Shown piece after piece: positions 56,612 to 64,000 of a stretch of 64,000 bases of DNA; within the stretch, counting starts at the first letter, position 1, and each line of letters opens with the position of its first letter. The DNA comes from Candidatus Woesearchaeota archaeon (GTDB lineage: Archaea; Nanobdellota; Nanobdellia; Woesearchaeales; GW2011-AR4): positions 8,422-72,421 of the forward strand of contig JACPDF010000021.1 in the NCBI GenBank assembly GCA_016184145.1. Reading direction: 5' to 3'. Position numbers and translations under genes: made by a program. The notes below the pieces were generated by a model. That model did not search any database. It saw only the letters and a program-made list of their open reading frames with translations, and had not been told where the DNA came from.

Positions 56612-57460
56612 TTAATGAGCTCTTTCTGGGTTAGATTGCCTTCGTAGGAAAGTGTTTGGTACTAATTTCACCGTCCTTTTCTTTAGTTTATCCTCAATTG
56701 CATACTCTTTTGAAAACTGGACAAAGCATGCATCATACTTTGACTTCTCAATGCTTAAAGAGTCTTTCCTTAGTGGAACCCTTACATCCCCGTCCATAAT
56801 AACAATAGGAGCAGTCGCATGTATGTTATTTATCAAAACAGAAGAATCATTAGGGATTATTATAGATGTCTTTTTTTCTATTGATGATATTGGGGTAACA
56901 GAAAGGACGGAAGGCTCGTCCAGGATAATAGGCCCGTGAGCTGAATAGCTGTACCCTGTGCTTCCAGTAGGGGTTGCCACAATCAAGCCATCAGCGCTGT
57001 CCTTCCACAACAATTCATCGTTTATATTTAGGTCATATCTGACCAAAGAAGCTGATTTAGAGGAAAATATGCCTATATCATTCAGGGCTGAATATTTTTT
57101 ATTGTCAACTTTGGCAACAATCCTTGACCTTTTAAAAATATCAAATTTGTTCTTATTAATCAAATTAATATGATTCTCAAAATTATTGGCGTCAGACTGG
57201 GCAAGAAAGCTCTGCATGGAAGCTATGCCCAGGACTGGAATCTCCCTTTTGCCCAGCTCCCTGAACGTCCTTAATATTATATTGTCGTCCCCGACAGCTA
57301 AAATAAAATCTGGCTCAGCTTCATTCAGGGATTTTTTAGCGCCAATAAGATTTATACTCTTGTCAATGGCAAATTTAATATTTTTTTTGTTTAAATAATG
57401 GATTATCCTATTGGCTAATTCCAATGATACAGAATCCTTCCTTGTAGTTATATAGTACAT
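56612..57460 (-). CDS. nadK: NAD kinase
   Basis: DGLIVATPTGSTGYSYSAHGPII, the NAD-kinase signature, with an upstream GDDNIIL segment. Confidence 0.8.
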   Translation of the reverse strand: MYYITTRKDSVSLELANRIIHYLNKKNIKFAIDKSINLIGAKKSLNEAEPDFILAVGDDNIILRTFRELGKREIPVLGIASMQSFLAQSDANNFENHINLINKNKFDIFKRSRIVAKVDNKKYSALNDIGIFSSKSASLVRYDLNINDELLWKDSADGLIVATPTGSTGYSYSAHGPIILDEPSVLSVTPISSIEKKTSIIIPNDSSVLINNIHATAPIVIMDGDVRVPLRKDSLSIEKSKYDACFVQFSKEYAIEDKLKKRTVKLVPNTFLRRQSNPERAH

Positions 57461-57590
57461 ATTGCCTTAATAATGCCTTTTTTAATATAAATTTTGCTGT
57501 TTATAGGCAAATTTTGCCGCTTTTTTCCAAATACAAATAAAAATTGCCTCTACAAATAACTATTTTAAAAAGCTGGTTCATCCAAGCAAT

Positions 57591-58109
57591 ATGGATGCCC
57601 ATAAAGCATTGTCAGATATAGTAAAAGATGAAAAAGGCATTAACGATGATGAAAGAGTTGCTGATGGTATTTCTATTGCTATTGTTGATAGGTATATTAT
57701 TGAGATTATAAGAGTATCCAAGATGTATAAGTTTGAATTAAGGGTAATGCCAAAGGCAAAAAAGCAGGAAACACCAGAAAAAGAAAGTGCCCAAATAACA
57801 GGCATAGAGGAGCAGGTAAGCAAAACAATCAAAGATGGCAATGAAGAAAAGCAGGAAATCAACCATTACATTTCAATAAAAGAAACATTCAAAGATGATA
57901 ATGTTACATACGCTGATGCCAGGATAAAAGTTAAGGACAAGGATTACAAATATACTGTTGAAAAGCCAAACACAAGATACCAGGAGTTGTGGGAGAAGAC
58001 AGGCTTTTACCAGGAAAAAACCACGCAGGCTAAGGTAAGAGTGCAGCTATGGCCGGAGCATCTGCCATACGACCATTTCAAGAGGAAAAGGGCTTTCTTA
58101 TTCTGCTAA
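57591..58109 (+). CDS. hypothetical K/E-rich protein
   Basis: 172-aa ORF with no recognised motif. Confidence 0.4.
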   Translation: MDAHKALSDIVKDEKGINDDERVADGISIAIVDRYIIEIIRVSKMYKFELRVMPKAKKQETPEKESAQITGIEEQVSKTIKDGNEEKQEINHYISIKETFKDDNVTYADARIKVKDKDYKYTVEKPNTRYQELWEKTGFYQEKTTQAKVRVQLWPEHLPYDHFKRKRAFLFC

Positions 58110-58140
58110 TTAGTCTTTGTAAGTTTAATCTTTATTGATT

Positions 58141-58200
58141 AATTATTATTTTATTGTTGATTATTTTTTAATGGATTTTTGATTATTGGTAAATTATTTT
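58141..58200 (+). repeat. conserved AT-rich ~60-nt intergenic element (copy 3 of 3)
   Basis: aattattattttattgttgattattttttaatggatttttgattattgg. Relative to the nearest gene start it is in the opposite orientation to copies 1 and 2. Confidence 0.5.
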
Positions 58201-58308
58201 TAGTTTATCTAATTTTAATTAGTCGTATTATTATTTCTTATTCTGATTATTAGCATTTTATGCTCCTTTCCAATACATTTTTAAATAAAATTAAGTTTTT
58301 CTAAAATC

Positions 58309-60543
58309 ATGTATGAATTAATCATAACAGAAAAGCCTACTGCAGCGAATAGGATAGCAGAGGCTTTGGCTGACGGAAAACCAATCAAGGAAAATGCAAG
58401 TGGTGTCCCGTATTACAAAGTAACGAGGGGGAAGAAAGACATAATAGTAGCTTGCGCTGTTGGCCATTTATACAGCTTAACCCAGAAAGAAGGCAAGAAA
58501 TGGAACTTTCCAGAATTTAACATCGAATGGAAGCCTGCTGGAGAGGTAAGCAAGAGGTCAGATTTCTCAAAAAAATACCTGAATGTAATAAAGAAATTGT
58601 CCAAGGAAGCGAATGAATTCACGGTAGCGACAGATTTTGATGTTGAAGGAGAAGTAATAGGGTTAAATGTCATTAGATATGCATGCAAGAAAAAAGACGC
58701 AAACCGGATGAAGTTTTCCACATTGACAAAGCCGGATTTGATTGAAGCGTATGAAAACAAACTGTCAAGTTTGGACTGGGGCCAGGCTAATGCTGGAGAA
58801 ACAAGACATTTCCTCGACTGGTACAACGGGATAAACTACTCAAGGGCATTAACCTCATCGATAAAAGCCGCAGGCTCATTTAAGCTCATGTCCACAGGCA
58901 GAGTCCAGGGGCCTGCATTAAAGATAATTGTGGACAGGGAAAAAGAGATAAAAGCATTTAAGCCAGTTCCATTCTGGCAGATTGAGCTGCAGGGAGATGT
59001 AAGCAAAGGGCAGATAATAGCATGGCACAAGGAAGACAAGTTCTGGGAAAAGGAAAAAGCAGATGAGGTAATAAAAAAAACAAAAAATGCCAAAGAAGCC
59101 ACAGTAGAAAGCACGGAAAAAAGGCAGTACCAGCAAACACCTCCAACTCCATTTGACCTAACCACGCTGCAAATAGAAGCATACCGCTGCCATAGGATAA
59201 GCCCTAAGGAAACATTGCAGATAGCACAAGAGCTGTACACCTCAGGATTCATCTCTTATCCGAGAACCTCCTCCCAAATCCTATCAGAAAAACTCGGCTT
59301 CAGGAAAATATTTTCAGAGCTTGCAAGGCAAAAAAATTATTCTGATTTAATAAATAAATTGTTGTCTAAAAAAACCTTAAAGCCAAATAATGGAAAAAAG
59401 GCTGATCCTGCCCATCCTGCTATCTATCCCACAGGCATACAGCCGGGAAACCTCAGCCAGAGAGAAGAAAAAATATATGATTTGATTGTAAAAAGATTCA
59501 TGGCAACTTTCTCGGAAGCAGCAACAAGGGAAACAGCAACAATAGACATAAATTGCAAAGAAGAGATTTTCATAGCAAAAGGAACAAGGACAACAGAAAA
59601 AGGATGGCATCTCTTTTATCAGCCATACGTGAACATAGAAGAGGAAGAGCTTCCAGCGGTAAGCAAGAATGATCAAGTTGCAGTCAAAAAAATAAAATTG
59701 CATGAAAAGGAAACGCAGCCGCCAAAGCGCTACACTCCAGCTTCCATAATAAAGGAATTAGAAAAAAGGAATTTAGGAACCAAAGCAACAAGGTCGGAGA
59801 TTGTAGACACTCTGTTCAATAGAGGCTATGTAACAGGAAAAGCAATAGAAGCGACAAACTTGGGAATAAAAACAGTAGAAACCCTGGAAACATACGCCCC
59901 GAAGATAGTCGATGAGGAATTAACAAGGCATTTTGAAGAGGAAATGGAGGAAATAAGGGAAGGCAAAAGAAAGGGGAAGGAAGTTCTGGAAGAGGCAAAA
60001 GAGGCAATAACAAATATAATTGTGGATTTCAAAAAGAAAGAGAAAGACATAGGAAAAAAACTGCTGGAAGCCAACATAGAGACCAGGGATGCTTTAAGCA
60101 ATTTGGGAAAATGTCCAAAGTGCAATCAGGGAGACCTGCAAATAAGAAGAGGCAAGTTTGGAAGCTTTGTGGCATGCAACCAGTATCCAAAGTGCAAGAC
60201 TACATTCTCATTGCCTAAAAACACATTGATAAAGCCGGCGCAAAAATCATGCGAAACATGCACTTTTCCCAAGGTATTGGCAATAAGGAAAGGGAAACAG
60301 CCCATGGAATTCTGCCTGAACCCAAAATGCCCCACAAAGCACGTGGAAGGCGCAGCAGGAAGAGAGGCAAAAGCCATAGCCAAGGGAGAAATAGAAAAAA
60401 GCTGCCCGGAATGTAAGGAAGGAAACCTGGTTTTAAGAGGCTCAATTTATGGAAAATTCTACGGCTGCTCCAATTACCCAAAGTGCAAATACACGGAAAA
60501 GCTCGGAGAAGGTCCGTTAAAAGAGGACTTTGCCAAAAAGTAA
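58309..60543 (+). CDS. topA: DNA topoisomerase type IA (TopA/Topo III-like) with C-terminal zinc ribbons
   Basis: Toprim N-terminus (LIITEKPTAANRIAEAL…DFDVEGE). Three C-terminal C4 zinc-ribbon repeats (CPKCNQGDL…CNQYPKC). Confidence 0.9.
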   Translation: MYELIITEKPTAANRIAEALADGKPIKENASGVPYYKVTRGKKDIIVACAVGHLYSLTQKEGKKWNFPEFNIEWKPAGEVSKRSDFSKKYLNVIKKLSKEANEFTVATDFDVEGEVIGLNVIRYACKKKDANRMKFSTLTKPDLIEAYENKLSSLDWGQANAGETRHFLDWYNGINYSRALTSSIKAAGSFKLMSTGRVQGPALKIIVDREKEIKAFKPVPFWQIELQGDVSKGQIIAWHKEDKFWEKEKADEVIKKTKNAKEATVESTEKRQYQQTPPTPFDLTTLQIEAYRCHRISPKETLQIAQELYTSGFISYPRTSSQILSEKLGFRKIFSELARQKNYSDLINKLLSKKTLKPNNGKKADPAHPAIYPTGIQPGNLSQREEKIYDLIVKRFMATFSEAATRETATIDINCKEEIFIAKGTRTTEKGWHLFYQPYVNIEEEELPAVSKNDQVAVKKIKLHEKETQPPKRYTPASIIKELEKRNLGTKATRSEIVDTLFNRGYVTGKAIEATNLGIKTVETLETYAPKIVDEELTRHFEEEMEEIREGKRKGKEVLEEAKEAITNIIVDFKKKEKDIGKKLLEANIETRDALSNLGKCPKCNQGDLQIRRGKFGSFVACNQYPKCKTTFSLPKNTLIKPAQKSCETCTFPKVLAIRKGKQPMEFCLNPKCPTKHVEGAAGREAKAIAKGEIEKSCPECKEGNLVLRGSIYGKFYGCSNYPKCKYTEKLGEGPLKEDFAKK

Positions 60544-60618
60544 TATCAGAATTTCTTGACAATAAATTAAAACTGCAATTGAATCAAAACAAAAAGCATT
60601 AAAAACAGCGTTTTATTT

Positions 60619-62421
60619 GTGATATTCATGAAAAGATTACTTATTTTTATGTTTTTGGTGTTATTGCTAGTGCCTATTGCAAATGCCAAAAGCGGCCACA
60701 TGAAGCTCTTGGCGGTCTCGGATAGGGAAAACGGCCAAGTTGGGGGCATAGCAGACTTATACCTGGAAATCAATCCCGGCTCAGGGCGCGTTTTTCTGGA
60801 GACTTTTCCCCTGACAAAAGTAGACACCCAGATATCAACAAGGCTTGCAAAAGAGATAGCTTGCGATTATGCAGATGCTGATTGCAGCAAATACGACTTT
60901 TTCTACACAATAACTGCAGATAGCCCAATAATAGCAGGCCCGAGCGCAGGCGCGGCAATAACAGCCCTTACATTTTCCCTGATAAGAGATGTTCCTCTTG
61001 ACAAAAACACAGCAATTACAGGAACAATAAACTCAGGCGGCTTAATAGGGCCCGTTGGCGGCTTAAAGGCAAAGATAGAGGCTGCATCAAAAGATGGAAT
61101 AAAAAAAGTCCTTATACCCCTGGGGGAAGCCATAGACAGAGAAGATAATACCACGGCAGACAATGAAACCGCTCCAGAAAATGAGACCTTTGACCTCGAA
61201 GAGCTGAGGGAAAAATATGGCATCAAAATAATTGAAGTGTCAACCATAGACGAGGCTTTGTTTGAGTTTACCGGAAAAAGATTCAGGGAAAAAAAGAGCA
61301 ACCTTACAATAAGCCAGAACTACAAAGACACCATGAAGCTTCTCGCAATACAGCTATGTTCAAGAAGCACCAGGCTGAGGGATGAAACTGCGAATTTTGC
61401 TGTTGACAACAGGACAAGGCAGGTAATGGAAAATGCAGTTAACCTCTCCATAAAAGGCAGGGATTCCTTCAAGCAGGATATGTTTTACTCCTCGGCAAGC
61501 TACTGCTTTGGCTCGAATGTTGAATTCAATTATTTGTCATTGCTCCATCAAAATCCGACGGAAAAGGAGATTATTAAAAAATCCCAGGATCTAAAGGACG
61601 AGTCAAAGCAGTTTAATGATGAGATAGAAAATGAGGAATTGAAGACAATAACAGACCTTGAATCCTATATGGTAGTTAAAGAGCGCTTAAAAGAGGCTGA
61701 TGACTTCCTTGGTCTTGTCCTTGAAACAATAGAAAACAAAAACTCAAGCCTGCATAACCTGGCTTATGCGGAAGAAAGGCTCAATTCCGCGAAATCATGG
61801 TCGCAGTTCCTGAAAAATACAGGGAAGGAATTCAACTTGAACCAGGATGTAATTAAAAATGCCTGCAGGACAAAGCTTGCAGAAGTGGAGGAAAGATTGC
61901 AGTATGTGCAGCTTTACCTGCCCCAGAGCCTTGAAAGCACAAGGAAAGAGCTTGATTATGCGTATAAGGACCTTGAAGAAGGAAACTATGAATTGTGCCT
62001 GTTCATGGCAAGCAAGGCAAAGGCCAATGTTGATACAGTCCTCAGCGTGTTTGGAGTGGCAACAGACAACGTCAAGACTGTAGTTGAAAATAAGCTGGAG
62101 ATTGCAGAAAGGAACCTTGTTGAGGAAACAGAGAAAGGGGTCTTTCCCATACTTGGCTACAGCTATTTCGAATACGCAAACTCATTAAAGGACTCTGATA
62201 TTTTCTCTGCTTTGCTCTATTCCGGATATGCCTTGGAATTAAGCAGTTTAGACATTTACTTTAAAAGCAAAAATATAACGCCGCAAGCAGCAGAGTTTTC
62301 CTGGAGCATCGATAAAAATCTTGCTGTTGGATTAATAGCCGGGTTAATATTCGGAATTGCCATCACAAGAGCGTATTATTTTGGTAAAAATCCTAAAAAG
62401 AAAGCAAAAAGAAAAAGATGA
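60619..62421 (+). CDS. extracytoplasmic membrane-anchored Lon-protease-domain (S16) protein
   Basis: Signal peptide, then a Lon proteolytic domain with catalytic Ser (IAGPSAGAAITALTFSL) and Lys (TGTINSGGLIGPVGGLKAKIEAASKDGIKKVLIP). A long helical region and a C-terminal TM with a basic tail follow. Confidence 0.75.
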   Translation: MIFMKRLLIFMFLVLLLVPIANAKSGHMKLLAVSDRENGQVGGIADLYLEINPGSGRVFLETFPLTKVDTQISTRLAKEIACDYADADCSKYDFFYTITADSPIIAGPSAGAAITALTFSLIRDVPLDKNTAITGTINSGGLIGPVGGLKAKIEAASKDGIKKVLIPLGEAIDREDNTTADNETAPENETFDLEELREKYGIKIIEVSTIDEALFEFTGKRFREKKSNLTISQNYKDTMKLLAIQLCSRSTRLRDETANFAVDNRTRQVMENAVNLSIKGRDSFKQDMFYSSASYCFGSNVEFNYLSLLHQNPTEKEIIKKSQDLKDESKQFNDEIENEELKTITDLESYMVVKERLKEADDFLGLVLETIENKNSSLHNLAYAEERLNSAKSWSQFLKNTGKEFNLNQDVIKNACRTKLAEVEERLQYVQLYLPQSLESTRKELDYAYKDLEEGNYELCLFMASKAKANVDTVLSVFGVATDNVKTVVENKLEIAERNLVEETEKGVFPILGYSYFEYANSLKDSDIFSALLYSGYALELSSLDIYFKSKNITPQAAEFSWSIDKNLAVGLIAGLIFGIAITRAYYFGKNPKKKAKRKR

Positions 62422-62599
62422 TTACAAAACCCCGGCAATGCTTGCACACTGCCAGGGAAAAAGAGGTGATAGATTATTGTTATCCACGTTAGTGGATACC
62501 GAAAACCGTTAGGTTTTCAGGTAATTACTTAACAATAGTCTAACTTTATTGTTACTTCAAAATAGTATTAGTATTTAAAGTTTTCGATGTTTTGGCAAA

Positions 62600-63580
62600 A
62601 TGAGGCATATTTCACTGATAATATATGCTATTTTCTTATTAACGATAAGTGCGTGTTCTTATGCCCCAACAGCAAATCTGATTAAGGAGGAAAAGGTAGT
62701 TTATGAGGACGATATAGATGTTAAAGCGTATTTTTGCCCTAGGGAAAACTGCACTTCTATACTAGAAAATGCTATAAATAATGCAAAAAGCTCTTTGCAC
62801 TGCGCTTTTTATGATATTGATTCAGATAGAATAATAAAAGCGATAGTGAAAAAGAGCCGCGATGCTGATGTAAAGATTGTCATAGATAAAAACAATTATC
62901 AAAATCAGATAAGAGGGCTAGGAATAAGGATCGCTGATTCAAAGCAGTACATGCACAACAAATTCTGCATCATTGACAATAAAATTGTATTGACAGGAAG
63001 CACTAACCCGACAAATAATGATTTGACGTTAAATAATAACAATATTGTAGTTATAGCCTCAAGGTATATTGCAGAAAATTATGAGGATGAGTTTAATGAA
63101 TTGTGGAATGGCATTCTGGCAGCAGGAAATAATGTGAAGTATGACAAAATAAATTCAAACGATGTTTTATTGGAAAATTATTTCTGCCCCGAAGATGACT
63201 GCAAAAGAAAGGTTATAGAAGCTTTAAAAAATGCAAAACAAAGCATTTACTTTATGACGTTTTCTTTTACTGACGAGGATATTGCTGATGCGGCTTTAAT
63301 GAGCGATTTGGATATCAAGGGGGTTTTTGAGACGATGCAGGCTGGCAGCCAATATTCCCAGTTCCAAAGATTAAAGGATTTTAATATTGATGTAAAAAAG
63401 GATAAAAACAAAAAGAATATGCACCATAAGGTATTCATAATAGACAATGAGACCATAATAACAGGCTCCTATAACCCGACAGGCTCGGGAAACTACAGGA
63501 ACGACGAGAATTTAATCGTAATCAGGAACAAGGACATTGCAAAAGGCTTTGTCGAGGAGTTTGAGCTTTTGCGGCAATGA
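62600..63580 (+). CDS. phospholipase-D-superfamily protein with two HKD motifs (lipoprotein-like signal)
   Basis: HNKFCIIDNKIVLTGSTNPT and HHKVFIIDNETIITGSYNPT. The N-terminal LLTISAC resembles a lipobox. Confidence 0.8.
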   Translation: MRHISLIIYAIFLLTISACSYAPTANLIKEEKVVYEDDIDVKAYFCPRENCTSILENAINNAKSSLHCAFYDIDSDRIIKAIVKKSRDADVKIVIDKNNYQNQIRGLGIRIADSKQYMHNKFCIIDNKIVLTGSTNPTNNDLTLNNNNIVVIASRYIAENYEDEFNELWNGILAAGNNVKYDKINSNDVLLENYFCPEDDCKRKVIEALKNAKQSIYFMTFSFTDEDIADAALMSDLDIKGVFETMQAGSQYSQFQRLKDFNIDVKKDKNKKNMHHKVFIIDNETIITGSYNPTGSGNYRNDENLIVIRNKDIAKGFVEEFELLRQ

Positions 63581-64000
63581 TTTTTTCTTATTTTCCTTGG
63601 AAGCAAAAAGCAGCCTTACCGCCTCCGAGAGTGTATCATTGGTTTCTATTTGCGCCTCGATTTTTCCATCATCAGGCTCATTGATTTCATCAGCTCCCAT
63701 TGGAACATCTTTGGCAGCATCATTATCCTCCCGGACATCCTCTTTTCCTTCCATATCGTCGTCTGGGGGCGTTGGAAGATAAGAGACTGAGGATGAAGCG
63801 TATCCTGTGGTTTCTTCATCTTTAGCAGGACCAAAATAAAAGACTTCTTCTTCGTAATCTTCGTAAGAGAACTGCATGTCTGCGGAATTGAAGAGATCAT
63901 CTTTATGGCCCCTGTAAGGTATGTAATGCCAGTGATAAAGTATGTCTTCCACTGTGAATACCCTCCTCACAACGCCATCGGATTCCAGCCTGTTCTGCAT
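63512..64000 (-). CDS. hypothetical acidic protein, N-terminus at or beyond the window edge
   Basis: D/E-rich ORF reaching the window end. Confidence 0.3.
   Translation of the reverse strand: MQNRLESDGVVRRVFTVEDILYHWHYIPYRGHKDDLFNSADMQFSYEDYEEEVFYFGPAKDEETTGYASSSVSYLPTPPDDDMEGKEDVREDNDAAKDVPMGADEINEPDDGKIEAQIETNDTLSEAVRLLFASKENKKKSLPQKLKLLDKAFCNVLVPDYD

Noticed and set aside
1-64000. rRNA genes, canonical tRNAs, transposases and an SRP/RNase P RNA were looked for.
   Set aside because: No rRNA-like conserved stretches or transposase motifs were seen. Candidate structured RNAs are reported separately, but none could be confidently assigned to a known RNA family by eye.

Overview
The window reads as a low-GC archaeal chromosome segment, possibly DPANN-like or another small-genome lineage. 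Archaeal core genes are recognisable by motif: histone, aIF5A with the hypusine loop, aRF1 with NIKS and GGQ, ribosomal protein L40e, TrmI, a site-2 protease, a type IA topoisomerase and a PEP synthase carrying an intein. I found no rRNA, CRISPR array, integrase or transposase. The most striking content is a repeated gene module present three times, twice in tandem at about 2.2-21.1 kb and once more at 40.8-43.5 kb. Each module begins with a small DNA-binding protein (RHH, AbrB-like or PadR-like). It is followed by a large protein with a class-III (prepilin-like) signal motif, [KR][GA]Q[VA]SIF plus a hydrophobic stretch. After that come one or two giant secreted proteins (516-2227 aa) with FN3/Ig-like repeats and Cys-rich domains, and in the two tandem copies a paralogous polytopic membrane protein. 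The second noteworthy region is a co-directional minus-strand block at about 26.7-30.4 kb. It holds a tRNA-like RNA, a free-standing double-motif LAGLIDADG homing endonuclease, and a 0.5-kb non-coding stretch with tRNA-like and palindromic repeat structure. It also holds three tandem paralogous genes of unknown function, each with its own palindromic upstream site. Other observations are two families of conserved intergenic elements (a hairpin element seen twice and an AT-rich 60-nt element seen three times). There is also an RDD-family gene whose domain extends upstream of any canonical start codon, and a split CBS plus nucleotidyltransferase pair. All functional calls rest on motif-level reading of the translations; no database search was possible.
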